A stretch of 63,999 nt of DNA, filler included, from Porpidia crustulata (GCA_964255105.1; 10 parts of 10 records of this genome joined end to end with filler, not necessarily neighbours in it), one strand, 5' to 3'. Positions 21,722 through 35,831 are shown, numbered from the whole stretch's first letter. Notes: a model not told the origin generated them from the letters alone. Program-made: numbers and translations.

Positions 21722-24700
21722 ATGGCTGCGTCGCACCGGACGCCGTTGATGAGAGATCAGTGGAGATCCGGAGACAAATATCAAGACGACTCTCATTACA
21801 GCGGAAGGGGCCATAGTGGCCATCGCCAGGAATCGCCCTCAGCCTCAAAGCGTCAGAGTGACACTGATATAGGTGTGAAGATCAGAGGTAGAGCGGCAGC
21901 TGGCTCCAACACTCGGCCGTCCTCGCGCGGGGATGAAGTGACTCGCCACAAAGATTTGCGGCAAGAAGATCTCAAATACTCACGTCGCTCACCGCAGAGA
22001 CGTTTGGAGAGCGAAAGATTCTCACGACGTCCAAGGGATTCCAGCCCGGAACAACATACCGACCCATATCCAGATCAACACCAGTATCAAGATAAGTCTA
22101 GAGTGCGACCAAAGCGTAGAACATCTCGCAGTAGAACGCCTCGAGAAATCTCAACTCGCCGCAGGGGAAACCAGAGAAGTCGTAGCCCATTTATTTTTGA
22201 CCGGACTAGCAGAGCGCCCTCGATTAGGAGTAGACATCTAGAGCGCGCCTGCTCTCCCAGAGCCTCGGTCCAAGGAGATTATTATTCTGCAGAATACGAC
22301 AATATCTCTACTTCAAGGTCGATACGAGACCACTACATTCCGTCATCTCGACGCTCAAGGTCGCCGGCAGCCAGACGAATCAGATCTTCTCAGTCACCCG
22401 CGACTCTAAGTAGCAGGCCTTCACGTCCCATACGTCAACGCTCTCGTTCGCGTAGCCAAGACCGAAGACAGCGAGAAAGATCCTCTACACGTTTCAGAGA
22501 GGAATACGGAGGTGGGAAAAGGTCAGCTCGGAAAAGGGTTCCTCGACCATCAAACATTATCGCAAACCCCCATTCCAGAGACTCATCCCAAAGCCGGCAT
22601 CAAATAGCAGGCCGCCGACGAAGAGAATCACGGCTCTACTTGCCTGTAGATTCTAACCGAGCTAAACAGAAGCGGGAGCACTCTCGATCGCCGCCTAGAT
22701 CTGGAAACACGAAGAGCAAAAGAAAGATGCAATCCTCAACTCATCCCATCCAATCCATTTTGGACGACGGCTCACGCCCACCATCACCACCACGCCCTAT
22801 AGCTAGTTTCGATTCGGACAGCCACAATCCCAATACTGTCCGAGAGGCATATCCGATGCATGGGATGAAGGCACATGGCGTGCATGGTGACAGTCGGTCA
22901 GGTCGGCCACAGATCGACACTAGACATTCCTACAACACATCTCCACAATGGACTCCAAGTTCGTCTCATCATGGATCGCCTCAATCCGGCTCACCGTTCA
23001 GTCACGGTCGAGGCGGCTGGGGTGGACCACAGCAATTTCACAGTCAGCAAGGGTACAATATTCTTCTCTTTTTGATAGCTGTGGACTAATTCGTTGGCTA
23101 GAATGAATGCGTATTCACCTCCATTTAGACAAAATGCCTACTCTCCACAAGGTGGACAACAGGGCCAGTACTTTGCTAGTGGCCAGCACGGCCAGTATGG
23201 TAGTAGCCCTCAACAAGCGCAGCCTGGCTTTCAGAGTCAGAATTACCGCGGGGGCCATTCAGGTTACAGAGGCAATCATTATGGCCAGGGACAAGACCGA
23301 CGATTTTCAGGTTCGGGACCTCCCAACTACGGTATTAACGCTCCTCGGGGAAGGGGCGGACATTTTCAAAACCTCCAATGGACTGCGAGTGGTGGAAGCC
23401 GAGGACGAGGTCAAACTGACCAAGCACAAAGCGGACACTCTCAGAGCCCTCCACGCCAACAACAGCAATCTTCATATGGCCAGTCTGCTGTAGGAGATGA
23501 CGAAGATGACAATCCCTTCCGGCCTTCTAAAGATCTGCAGGTTGAAGATCAGAGTACCAAGGATAGTGGAGTACCCACAAATAGCGCAAAGATGGCCCCT
23601 CCCTCTCGGCAGGCTTCTGGAGGTCCGCCAACGAAAGATGGATCTAAGTTCAGCTTTGCTTTCAAGGCTAAAACCGCTCCTACTGTAGCCACAAAAACTA
23701 TACCTGACCTAACGCAAAAGATGAAGGATCCTCCAAGGAGGGAAAATCTTTTGGACAATTCAAAGGTGAGACCTGGACCTTCGTCGTCGTCCAAAGATGC
23801 GCTTGCCTCTGGACCACAACTCCGGGTCGATCGACGAGATGACCGTCGAGAACGTGACCACCGAGACGATTATCGCTCACGGGATGACCGATATATTTCT
23901 CAGGATTATCGTGATCAACGACGCCTAGATACACGTGGCGAGCGACGATCCGAGCGTGAGCCTAAGAGAGAGCGTGAGCGCGAGCGCGAGCGATCTCCAT
24001 TTCTCAGGAAAGAAAAGAGAGTATTAAAGCGTTTGAAGCCCAGGCCCACCCTGTCAGCGGAATTCGCCGACTCGACCTCTGTTTACTATAGAAAGCCTGG
24101 AAACGAGTCGGTCGTGGGTTCCGGCACATACGGCAAGGTTTTCAAGGCTATCCATGTGTACACCAAAGAGCTAGCTGCGCTTAAGAAGATTCGAATGGAC
24201 GGTGAAAAGGATGGATTTCCGGTCACAGCTATCCGAGAAATAAAGCTTTTGCAATCTTTAAAGCACGATAACGTGGTCTGCCTGCAAGAGGTCATGGTTG
24301 AACATAACGACTGCTTCATGGTTTTTGAATATCTTTCCCATGACCTGACGGGTCTCCTCAACCATCCTTCCTTCAAGCTTGAGCACGCACACAAGAAGCA
24401 TCTCGGCAGACAACTCTTCGAGGGTCTTAACTATCTCCACCGGCGTGGAGTACTCCACCGCGACATCAAAGCCGCCAATATCCTCGTCAGTAATACCGGC
24501 CAACTTAAATTAGCAGACTTCGGGCTTGCACGGTTTTTTGCTAAACGGGGAAAACCAGACTACACCAATCGAGTCATCACAATTTGGTATCGATCGCCCG
24601 AGCTTCTCCTCGGTGAAACTCAGTATGGACCCGCCGTGGACATTTGGAGTGCTGCATGCGTAATGGTTGAGATATTTACGAGGCATGCTATCTTCCCAGG

Positions 24701-25259
24701 TGACGGAGGAGAAATCAATCAGCTTGATAAAATATACAATGTCCTTGGTACACCTACGAGATCCGAATGGCCCGGTTTGGTAGACATGGCGTGGTTCGAA
24801 TTACTTAGACCAACGGAAAGAAGAACAAACACCTTTCCCGAAAAGTATCAAGAACGACTCACACCTGCTGCATTCGAACTACTCCAGACAATGTTCTTAT
24901 ACGATCCAGTAAACAGACCAACTGCAGGTGACGTGCTAGAACATCCATACTTCACTACAGAGGATCCAACGCCGAGGCAAGCTATTGAGTATGCTTCCCA
25001 CAATCCTTGAAATGGTCATTAAATGCAAGGCTGACCCGATGACAGACTCAAGGATCTACAAGGTGACTGGCACGAATTCGAATCAAAGGCCCTTCGCAAG
25101 GAAAACGAGCGCAAAAACCAGGAAGCGAGACGAGCAGTGAGAGCGGAAGAACATCTGAAGGAAAAGGAGAAGAGGAGGGCGAGCGGCGGTACTGCGACAG
25201 TGGAGCGAGAGCCGAAGAGGCTGAGGCCCAGTTCAAGCCACGGGGTGGATGCTAGCTGA
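21722..25259 (+). CDS. CTK1: RNA Pol II CTD kinase catalytic subunit (Ctk1/Lsk1, CDK12-like)
   Basis: Exons 21722-23052, 23102-24988, 25046-25259; RS-rich N-terminus, GSGTYGKV, GFPVTAIREIK, HRDIKAAN, DFGLAR, YTNRVITIWYR, C-terminal GDWHEFESK. Confidence 0.93.
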
Positions 25260-25873
25260 GGTAATACGTCATGTCACAGATACATAGAACCACTTCGTGC
25301 CTGGCTGGTCAAACACCTGCTTTGCCGAAGCATGAATAAGAAGACACCAGCCCATGCAATCATGAACGGTAATGCGAGATGGAGGTAGAGACAAGGGCAG
25401 GCGGTAGATATATTTACGCCGTGATCGAAGCATAGGAACGTGATAATTGCGAGCATAGCGGGCTTTTTACGGGGAAAAGAATTTGATATGGCACGAATAA
25501 TCTGCTTCTGCTCTCGAGGTGCCTCTAAGGAAGTGTAATATAAACGTGGCTTTACATTCGCTGTAGAAATTCAAAGACTGGTTGGTTGTGGATGGCTGGC
25601 TGGGTGTACCGCCCGACGCCTGCTAATGTTGATGGCAGACTGCTGTGAGAGTGGACTTGTAAAGCCAATCTGAGGTGGCAACCTTGAAGACATTTTGCAA
25701 TGGTTGGGACGGAAAAGTCGCCGACGGTGTTGGTTTATGGTCTGACCATCAAGGCATTTATTCACACGTCAGCAGCATGCGAGCAACTCTGCAAGCCATG
25801 TTTGGAATCAATTACTCCATCTATATTCCTCTAGATCATCCCGTCTATTCAAACCCCCCACTACGTCTACATC

Positions 25874-25973
25874 NNNNNNNNNNNNNNNNNNNNNNNNNNN
25901 NNNNNNNNNNNNNNNNNTTAATTAATTAANNNNNNNNNNNNNNNNNNNNNNNNNNNNNNNNNNNNNNNNNNNN
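25874..25973. other. Artificial contig linker
   Basis: 44 N + TTAATTAATTAA + 44 N. Confidence 0.99.
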
Positions 25974-26436
25974 ATCTACATCCGTATCCACCCCTCCCCC
26001 TTTACACCCACATCCATCCTTTCCCTCAAGTCAAAATTTTATATATACAAACATTCACGCCCCAACTCTACTCTCCATGCTGCATAAAATAACATTGAAG
26101 GGGGGAGAGGCGGAGATGGGTTTGATGATGGGGGCTGGAGAGCGCACGGATGCCACCAGGTCAAAATTATCACAACCTAATAAACCTCCAAACTTCAAGA
26201 TGATAAGTTTGAGATTTTAAAAAATGTAAGACCCCAAAAGAACCGCATATCCTATCATACAAAATCTCTAAACCCGCTAAGAAAATTCCGAGAAAATTAG
26301 CTACATAAGCCCTTGTGTCAAACAACGGATATGCTGCCGAAATGACATAAAAAAACCGAAATAGAGCCCGTGAAGCTGGCGTCCGTTGTTTTCCGTGCAT
26401 GGGGACTGGCCGATGCTGGAAGGGCGGGGAAAATGG

Positions 26437-27250
26437 TTATTTCTTGGTGGCAGCTGGGGCGGCGACCGATGAGGTACCGCTGGACGCCATAGGTATTGTG
26501 GCAGATACTGTGGTCGATGGCACGACAGATAAGGAGCTAGACGTGGTGGTAGATGTGGCGGGAGGAGAAGAAGCAGCGGTAGAACTGCCGGTGGCAGATC
26601 CCGATGATCCGGTAGCTGAGGAGCTTGGTGTTAAATTGTCTATTATGTGTGAGCCTTGGATGATATATCAGAGAGCTGGATATGCATACCCTTAACGCAG
26701 TATCGGTAGCCAGCCCAGACATTATCGCAAGATTCGTGGACATTCGAGTTGAGACGGACGAATTCTGTAATGTTTATGCCGCTCTGCGAAAATATTTTCC
26801 CACAGACCTTGTCGTCTGGCACAAGGGGGACGTCATACCACCCCACACAGGATTTGATAGCCCCAGCATTGGTTGGTAGGGCCGAAGAAGAAGGGGCTGC
26901 ATCAGACGTTAAAAAGAAAATCTAGTTATGGGGGAAGATGGAACTCAGATGAGGTTGACTCGTGATATTGAACAAGAAGGAAACAGCAGTGTTATGCGTG
27001 AAAGAGGACAGCATATAGATTGTGGGTGAGAGTAAATTGGAGCTGGGTCTCAAAGACGTACCAGTTGCAGTGCCACTTGTACCTGTCGTATCACGTTTGT
27101 CCACTGTAAAAGACGTCAATAATTAGACTCGAAGGATTCGCTCCAGATGCCAGCGGATTAACCTTGGTCAGGTCCATAAGGAACAGCGAGGACACCTTGG
27201 AGGCCAGCAGCCAAGGAGCTGATTACGGTAACGATGGTGAAAGTCTTCAT
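26437..27250 (-). CDS. Secreted single-LysM-domain protein with S/T-rich tail
   Basis: Four exons; signal peptide MKTFTIVTVISSLAAGLQGVLA, KR site, Cys-type LysM CVGWYDV...CGKIFSQSGINITEFVRLNSNVHESCDNVWAGYRYCV, tail ending AATKK*. Confidence 0.85.
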
Positions 27251-27449
27251 CCTGATAAAGTCTAGTTGGTTCCGGTTGGTTATGGTTGTATTGAGATGTG
27301 ATATTAAAGCTGTGAATGTGTATTAAAGTAATTTGTTTAAATTTTGTGAAGAATATGTTGCTTGTTGATTACGTTGATTGAGAATGTATTGAGGAATAGA
27401 ATGTAAAGTGGGCAGACATGCGGATATTTGTAGTCGAGCCAGAGGCTCA

Positions 27450-28196
27450 TTACACCGTGATGGCTTTGCAATCTGAAACCATATTGGGTATATTCTTCGT
27501 CTCTTCACCGAGCTCATCTATATGAAAGTAAGTTCCTATCACGTATGGATAGAAGACATTCATTGGCGGATTCATTAAAACCTGCGACATGTCTACCAGA
27601 TTCTTGGCGGTCTGTAAGCTGGAAGCAATTGTCTTCTTCTGGAGCACTGACTGCTTCGCACCTTGGTATCTTTCATAATCCATCATCTGAGTATTCGAAG
27701 CCCGATTGTTTCTCCGAAGGACTTCGTGCACAAATCTATCGTTCAACAATAGCTGTCAGTGCGCGGAGAGTTTCATGTAGTTGTTCACTTGAACTTAATT
27801 TCGAAAGCATTTTCAGTAAATTGGTTTTCCCGGTTCACTAGATGAAACGTTGGCAGCCTGGCTTCATCTCTGAATTTCAAAAACCAGGTGAAACTGCAAG
27901 TGATGTCAGTCGATCCGTGATATAGGACTTCAAATCTGCATCCACAAGCCTGGTCACTTTAGTAAATCAATAATTCAGCTGGAGTGGTCAATCATCTGTG
28001 CGGACGACATGCAAAAATCCTCTGCATCAAGCATGGCCTTTCGATACCCACCATACTCGTGCTTTAAAGCGATAGTCTCAAGTCGTGTTGGTGTAATCTG
28101 AAATCGTTGCCCAAGGTGCTCATCATTGCTATATCCAAGAATCGACAAATTGACGAAGCAATCAGTCAAGCACTGTCACCCAACGCTCTGAGCCAT
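27450..28196 (-). pseudogene. Possible degenerate or multi-intron hypothetical gene
   Basis: Two short minus-strand ORFs (27975..28169, 27450..27749) separated by stops; no clean splice model found. Confidence 0.2.
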
Positions 28197-28238
28197 GTTG
28201 TTCAGACTACGCCGGTACAAAAGATTATTATCAAACCT

Positions 28239-29394
28239 TTATAGCTCCACGCCTTCTTCGATCTCTTCCACGGCTTCGACTATCGCTTCGTCCTTTTCCA
28301 AATCCCGGAATTCGATCCACCCTTCCATTTTTTCCAAGACATGCTGACCGTAGGATATATCTTCTTCTTCCTCACTATCAATACTTGTCAAAAGACAGTC
28401 AACACCCGGTTCGAAAAAGAATGGAACACTATATCTATCCTTTCCGGGGATGCTTCTGACACGATGACATGTCGCCTTGAACTTTCCACCAGAAACCTTT
28501 GCCATGAGATCGCCAGCATTGATAACGATGCTACCTGGAACATACGGAGTGTCAATCCATGCGCCCCCTGCAGTTAAAACTTCGAGTCCACCCGTTGAGT
28601 CTTGGTGAAGTAGGGTCAGTATACCAGAGTCGGTATGTGGCGTGCAACAGAGTTCCTGCTGAGGGGAAGGTGGAATGATGGCAGGATAGTGCAGGAACCT
28701 CAGAGTTGAGACGCTCTCCTTCGAAAAAGAGGCGAAGTAGTCAGGAGGTCTGTTGAGAAAAACCGCAAGTAGGGAGAGAACGCGGACGGAGAGCGTCTGA
28801 AGTTCCCGGTGGAGCGTTTCTACACTTGGGCGAATATTGATCCAGGGCTTTTCAGGCCACACGTTAGCTTCTGTGAGGCTGATATTGGCTAAAGAATTCA
28901 ATGGTTGAGGGGCCAAGTCTGGTGGGCCTATTTCGAAGCCTTCTTTGAGATTGTCTGAGCCATTCTGGGCAGGGAAGTAGCTGGATTGACGGAGGTTAAT
29001 CCAACACGAGGATCTTTCAGTACGAAAATGTGATTGATCCATGGAGTAGGAAAGCGCACGCACCATAAGGTAAAAAGATTGGATAGAATTGACCAAAGAG
29101 AGTTATCTGACAAGGGAATTCAGCATACCCGCGATAAGTATTGCCATTCTGCTTTCGAAACATCTTCTTGGCGAGCTTCATCTTTTGCTCCTCCGACATA
29201 CTGAAGAGCTCCTTGGCTATCCCAAAGATATCCCCATGATCGAGATTGAGGGGTGCATTGGTAAGGTATGCAAAGCCAGTGGTTTCAAATGCATTGCCAA
29301 GCTTTCTGCTTATTTCTGCTACATCTGCATTCAATGATTTCGTATTCTTCAATGGGGAGAGATCAACAATTGGAAGAGATGAGGATGACTCCAT
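28239..29394 (-). CDS. 2-oxoglutarate/Fe(II) dioxygenase (IPNS-like; DIOX_N + 2OG-FeII_Oxy)
   Basis: Exons 29394-29129 and 28980-28239; LPIVDLS, GFAYL, YRGYFP, DNLKEGFEIG, LRFLHYP, HTDSGILTLLHQD, HRV, RYSVPFF. Confidence 0.92.
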
Positions 29395-30075
29395 ATTTTT
29401 GGGGGGGTGAAGAAACTTCAAAATACCACCTCATCCATATGACTTCTCTACAATTATTTCATCCTCGATACGAGCCATGGATGCCAAGATGAGCTTCATG
29501 CACAATGTCTCATGATTGGAGGACAATTTCCTGGGGGTGAAGAGCTATCCATTCTTCCCAAGCTATTACAACATAAAAACGTTAGAATTCCAGATGGTGT
29601 GACTATGTGAAAATTTTGGTTGGCCATGCCTTGGATCTAACAGGGTAGGTAGATGAAGAGACAGCACATCGGGCTGCTATCTTCTTCTGGTACAGTGGGT
29701 CAGAGAATGGCTGAAGTGTAGACAGTCTTATCAGGAGATATGTCGCGTGCTCAGTTGGCGCTTTCGGTTAGGTAGGGCTAGACTGGATACTCACCAATCA
29801 TAAGACGCCCCTATGCTCGATTTATTGGCCGTGTATCCTATCAAGGTTTTTCATGCTTCTTTTAGTTTGTCTTAGTCTTCCATTTGGCCACGATTGGAAA
29901 CGCGTTGGAAGCCCATAGCTTGCTCATTCAGCGATAGGACATCCCTGCTATTGGCTTCCCTGAGAATGCGTACAGGTAGACTTTCAGCTGTTGTTCTTTC
30001 ATTTCTCACCATCGATCAACATCTTCTCCCTTGCTGTCTTTCTCGACGTTCAGATATCTGTTAGGAGCGTTGCAT

Positions 30076-30135
30076 ATATGGACGTTCCACATATGGACGT
30101 TCCACATATGGACGTTCCACATATGGACGTTCCAC
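30076..30135. repeat. Perfect 15-bp minisatellite x4 (ATATGGACGTTCCAC)
   Basis: Four identical units read directly. Confidence 0.95.
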
Positions 30136-30916
30136 AACGATGAGCGTTCCATCAAGACTCGGCTATGCTCAGACCTTGAATGTACGTTTGTAAGATCATT
30201 TGCCTTGGCATTTTGATTCCATAAGTATTCTGCCTCAAGGGATCATGGTACGCTAATACAGATTGTTCTCTGGACGCATGCTGACCTGGCAGTCTGAGGT
30301 AAGTAGGAAAAATTCCGAGCGAAGAATCCCAAGACCTTAGAGAAGGTCAATTGTTGCCGGAGCATGAATCAATGACTGCCTTCTCATTAGAATTTCACGC
30401 ATTCAAAGACACCACAGTCAGAGGACGGCCTTCTTCACATCAATAATGAAAAGTGTCAAAGAAGCGTAAATTACATCGAAATTGAATAGCGTTGCCAGCG
30501 TAGGCTTCACAGCTAACACTGAGCAGCAAACTAAGAGCTTAATGATCTTCGTAGCGGACTTTGTATTTCAATTACAGGGCGATTCCATGAGTCCTAGATG
30601 TCCCGTAGTCTTTGAAGCCTCTTATAGGTCCTGGTTACCTATGTTCATCACGCCAGCTTCAGAATTATGTGCTCGACGTACGAATTGCAATGTCTCCATA
30701 CGTTTTAGCACTTCATCGAAGTGGATGAGACTTTGTCAAGACATCAATGATATGGCTCTCTAGTATCGTAAATGTATACTTGAGTTTGTGGTGAAAAATA
30801 GGTACCTATTCGCCTGCTTCGTTGCCCCATGTTCTAAGCGAGACACCTAGTTCAGCCACGATCTCCTACCTCCTGTGCTCCTTCAGTACACGCCCAGCTC
30901 GTGGAAACTGCCAAGC

Positions 30917-32361
30917 ATGTCGATTCAAGCTGGTGCGCTGTTCCTTTACAGCTCATTCATTAACACGCTGATCTGTCCCAGACGCGATCTGGGCTGCCTC
31001 GCCATCAACCACTCGAGGACAGCCCACTCAACTCTCCTCTGATCCAAAAGGCGAACGTCTGGCTTACGCCGTGAGTAAGCACAGGCTTGCAAGGACGTAG
31101 TGAGATCCATTGTCCTAATGGTCTTCGCAGTCCAATAAGTCAATCTTCTTGAGGTCTATTGACAATCCGGCTATCAGCACCCAATATTCTGCCCACACCA
31201 CCGCGACTACCGTTGCTCGTTTCTCTCCCTCTGGCTATTATGTGGCCAGCGGCGATGTTTCGGGCACTGTCAGAGTCTGGGACTGCGTAGGGGAAGGGTC
31301 TACGAAGGGCGAATACCATATTATTGGAGGAAGGATTAATGACCTAGCATGGGATGGAGACTCGCAGCGGATCATTGCAGTCGGTGATGGAAAGGAGAAA
31401 AAGGGCCATTGCATAACGGCTGACTCCGGGAACTCTGTTGGAGAGATCTCAGGGCATAGCTCGCAGATCAACAGTGTCTCTATAAGGCAGCAGCGACCTA
31501 TAAGAGCAGCTACTGGGGGCGATGACACAAGCTTGGGGGTTTTCCATGGCGTACCCTTCAAATTCAATACGAATTCAAGAAACCATGATCGGTACATCTA
31601 TGGCGTGGCATTCAGTCCAGACGGTACATCCATTGTAAGTGTGGGCGCGGATAGGAGAATCTGGCTTTACGATGGCAAGACTGGAGAACCAAGAGCGCAG
31701 ATAGGAGAGGGTGAATATAAGGGCAGTATATTTAGCGTCTCCTGGGCGAGAGACTCCAAACGTCTGGTTACCTCGAGCGCAGACCAAACCGTCAAGATCT
31801 GGGATGCTGAAGTGGGCAAAGCCGTAACAACTTGGCGAATGGGCGAAGAAGGTGCAATAAGCATACCAGATCACCAGGTCGGCGTAGTCTGGCCAGCAGG
31901 TAGATCCGATGGTCTCATTATCAGCTTGAATCTCGCTGGCGATCTGAATTATCTCTCCGAGCGCTCTCCCAAACCTCACAAAATCGTCCAAGGTCACCAG
32001 AAGAACATCACATCCATCGCCGCCAGTGAGTCCCCCAGCAAATCGCAAACACTTTTTACCGGCAGTAGCGACGGACGCGTCTGCTCTTGGGACACCTCGA
32101 CCGGCCTGGCTGAATCCATCGATGGCGATTCCCACACAAACTATGTCTCCGGCATATCTGCGTCCCACGAAGGCCCCATCTACAGCGTCGGCTGGGACGA
32201 CACCCTCCGCTCCGTCGACCCCAGCGCCAAAACTTTCACAGGCACCTCCACCAAAACCGACGGCCAACCCAAAGGCGTCGCCACCGCCCACGGCACCGCC
32301 TTCGTAGCCTCCCACAAAGGCATCTCCGCCTTCAAATCCGGCGCGCTGCAAAACAACCTCC
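30917..32361 (+). CDS. AIP1: Actin-interacting protein 1 (WDR1), 3'-truncated by contig end
   Basis: Exons 30917-30932, 30982-31070, 31131->32361; PSTTRGQPTQLS, ARFSPSGYYVASGD, DLAWDGDSQRIIAVG, RQQRPIRAAT; WD40 repeats. Confidence 0.92.
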
Positions 32362-32461
32362 NNNNNNNNNNNNNNNNNNNNNNNNNNNNNNNNNNNNNNN
32401 NNNNNTTAATTAATTAANNNNNNNNNNNNNNNNNNNNNNNNNNNNNNNNNNNNNNNNNNNN
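32362..32461. other. Artificial contig linker
   Basis: 44 N + TTAATTAATTAA + 44 N. Confidence 0.99.
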
Positions 32462-32877
32462 AATTTCTGTTTTTAGTAATTGATTTTGGCTGTCTATACC
32501 TGTAGCCGTAGTAGCCACACCCAACACGTAGCAAGCGGCCATAGCGATATCCCGTCCCGATACGCGCCCTCACTCAACCCGCACATATAAATACTCGCGG
32601 TCACGCTGTAGCAAAGGTTCCAAAGTTCAGGATTTGATTCCATTTCACTTCACTCAGGTGCACAAGTTCAAATCCGTAGGTGGCTACATATCAACATCAT
32701 TACACCTCGACCTGCTGTCTATCTAGCCAACGACGGGATATTGGCACAAATAACCGTAAAATGCCTATCCGCCACATAGGGGGAGTAAATATCTGCAGAA
32801 ACTCTGTGAATATCCGGGATCGCCAGTAAACGCCGCTTTCGTGTTAAAAAAAACATTGGGTTTGAAACGTTGTGGCA

Positions 32878-35831
32878 TCAACCCACGGGCATCATCCTCG
32901 CTGTCACTGGTCTTTCTAGTGCCCCCTTCCCCGCTACTACCCCACTACCACCGCCAAGTGTGCCGGTCTCGCCAACCTCGCTACCGACTTCGGACTCATC
33001 ATCCGCGCCCACGACTTTGGTGCGGACGTCCGTCTGCGACCCATACTGCCCGCTGCTGCGATCCGGCGCCGTGCTGGCGCTGTAGCCGCTCATGCTGGTG
33101 CTGGAGCGGTGGTTCACTAGGTCTGGCGTGGGCGGGATGCTGGACTGGCGGGAGCCGCGGCCGTCGGGGTGAAGGTAGCTGATGCCATCCTCAGTGACGT
33201 TATCGCCGATCTCGCTACCGTCGGTCCGGACGGACGATGCGACTTCGTGACCATCCTCCGAGGGGGCGAGGTTGTCGGGTTGCGCGTCGTGCTTGGCTCC
33301 TGCTGCTCCGGCGAGGTGCTGCTCCTCCGTGTTGGTGTGGTCGGCGTCTTGGGCGAGCTGGAGGCCTTCGACGGCGGCGGCGCATTGGTTGCTGATGTTA
33401 CGGATAATATCGGCAATGGCGTCGGTCTTTTCGCGCAGGTGGCGGTCCGCGACGTCGACCATGCTGAGGCGACTGCCACGGCCGGTCTTGTTGTCGGCTA
33501 TCAAAGAGCTGAAGAAACGAGATTCCATCTCGGGAGTGACCTTTTCACCGTCCACTTTGTCAAGACTATCGTGGCTGCTGCTGCGGCTTGCGGAGGGGCG
33601 AAGAGATTTCTTAGGAGTTCTTTCGAGGGCGACACCATTGTTGTTTTCGACCGAATCGGGTGTATCTTCTGAAGTATCGTCGAAGCCTTCTTCGATGTAG
33701 TTGGTGAGATCCGAAGGAGTGTTGAGCGATCTGACAATATGCTCCATGTGGTGAGTCTGTCCATTAATAAGACTACGCAGATGAAGGACCACTCTTTGCG
33801 AATCGTCTCTTTGGCGAAGGATCATGGCATTGGCGTGCTGTAATGCGGCCAGTTCTTTCTTATTTCGCTTCCTCTCCCGCTCAAGTTCTTCTGCCATTTC
33901 TTGCTGCAAGACGAGTGCCTCGAGCGCATCGTCACGTTGCTTCTCAGTGCCTGAGAGGCGTACGGTAAGACGCGCAGCATCATCTTTCTGTTGGTCGATG
34001 AGCTGGGTAAGGCGACGGTTCTCCCGTTTATGGGATTCAATCTTGATCTTAAGATCTTGCGTCTCCTTGGTAAGCTGCTCAGCGAAAGCCTGGAATTTGA
34101 GAAATTGTTGCTTCCAGCTCTCAAGCTCTTCCACGAGAAAGTTATTTCTCTTGGTGACCTTTGACAGGTCGGTGTCCATTCTACCCTTGAAGTTGATAAA
34201 GTCCTGCCAAGCCTCCATGGCATCTCTGGAATACTGATTTCGTTCCCGGACAATCTCGTTCAGATGACGAACAGAGACCTTGGTCATCAGAGGCTTCTTC
34301 TGGGCACCTCCAAAGACCGCCTTGATGCCACTGTTACGACCCTACCGGTAATCAGTGACGAGGCTTCAGTATGATCCAATGCTGCACTTACAAGCTTCTC
34401 ACAAACGTGATCCATCACACTCATAACAGCATCCTGATTCCACCATTGGGGAACCTCAACACTTTCGACTTCACCTTTCATAACGATAACCTGTCCCGCG
34501 GGAATAAGCTTTCCCCCTCCGTACGCAGAGCGCAGGTGACTAGGAACGCTGGTGGGCGGGACGTCGCCGTTCAATGCGGTCGTCAAGCGATTGATCATCT
34601 TGGCACGTTGACCGGATGAGAGCACCGTGGGAGGACTCGAGGTAAGGACGTAATTACGATCTAAATCGATGACAAGAGCGTCGCTCGGTGCCGTAAAGAG
34701 CGTTCGACATTCTGCTGTGATACCAAGCATGTATGGTCCTGGCTCCTGTACAAGCTCTCGAGCATGGCGAGCGTGCACAACCGGAACGTACAACCCGCTC
34801 CACTCATAAACGCGAACACAGTAACGAATGGTCTCTGACGCGACAGTGAGCATAGCCGGGTAATGACTGACAAAAATGATTCGACGGGTGGACGATACTG
34901 CAGCTTCTATTACTCCGACAATGTTCGGGATGGACAAGCAGGTAAACAGCGGCCACATGGCGAAATTCTGGAAGCCTGTGGGTGATGATGGGAATTGGTA
35001 GCACAGTGCGTAATCTTTCATATCAATCCGCACTAGGTCATTCAGTCTTGGTGCTGGAAAGCTGAGAATCCGCGATACTTCCTCAGCGTGAAAGAGGTTG
35101 GTCGCCTTGTTCCAGTGAATCCACATGCCTCGAAGGTAATCACCAAGCAGATCATACAATGGGTACCTGGACAGAAAGCTTAGGCAGTAAGGAATCCAGT
35201 AAGTCTCATCGGGCGTATCGTAGTAATCCGATTCCGTGCGTTTGCGAAGGTCACGAATGGTCTCCGCGCGTTTCTCGTCTGCCCTTGACCATACACGCAG
35301 TGCGATGCCGTAGAGAGTATGTGACGAATCTTGCTGCAGGACGAACGAATGGTGGACGCATTGTGGCTGACTCCGGCCTGTACAGACTTCGACATCGTGA
35401 GGGAAGCAATTCTGTGATCGTTAGAATACATGACGAGGTAGCAGCTGAATTCTTACTCTCATCGCAGCATACAGAGCCCGTGCAATCTCATTGTCTTGCT
35501 CCAGCTTCGGGCTACTTCCGAGAATCTCAGGAAGCCAGAACTGTGGCAGAGCGCCCTTCATGTGACCAATTTTGCCTTGGGTTGGGGTTGGTGCTTTCAC
35601 CCATTGTGCCGGTTCTCGTCCCACTCCGCACACCATGTACGCATGTGTGAGAGTTTTTGGTGTACGCTGATTCGGCTTGACATTGAGTTGCGAGGGTATT
35701 GGCTGGGTGATGCGCGAGTGAAGTGAGGAGGTACGGCTTGGAATGACGAGAGAAGTGTCACCTTGCGTAGGGGGCCTATCACGAGTGGAAGGACGGACGA
35801 AGACCGAATGGTCTCGTAGTGATGGACCCAT
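32878..35831 (-). CDS. DENN-domain protein with C-terminal coiled coil (putative Rab GEF)
   Basis: Exons 35831-35457, ~35411-34392, 34341-32878; CFPHDVEV, HSFVLQ...YGIALRVW, YCLSFLSRYP, RRIIFVSHYPAML, LYVPVVH...PGPYMLG, LVIDLD. Confidence 0.85.

Noticed and set aside
25860..25985. TCTACATC on both sides of a linker suggesting true adjacency
   Set aside because: Only 8 nt of low-complexity sequence, and contig order is by length.
30031..30216. ORF with HIWTF repeats, or a CRISPR-like array
   Set aside because: It is the translation of a spacer-less 15-bp minisatellite with a non-ATG start.
31575..34237. Long antisense or overlapping ORFs over AIP1 and the DENN gene
   Set aside because: Shadows of GC-rich codon usage on the coding strand, with no motifs.
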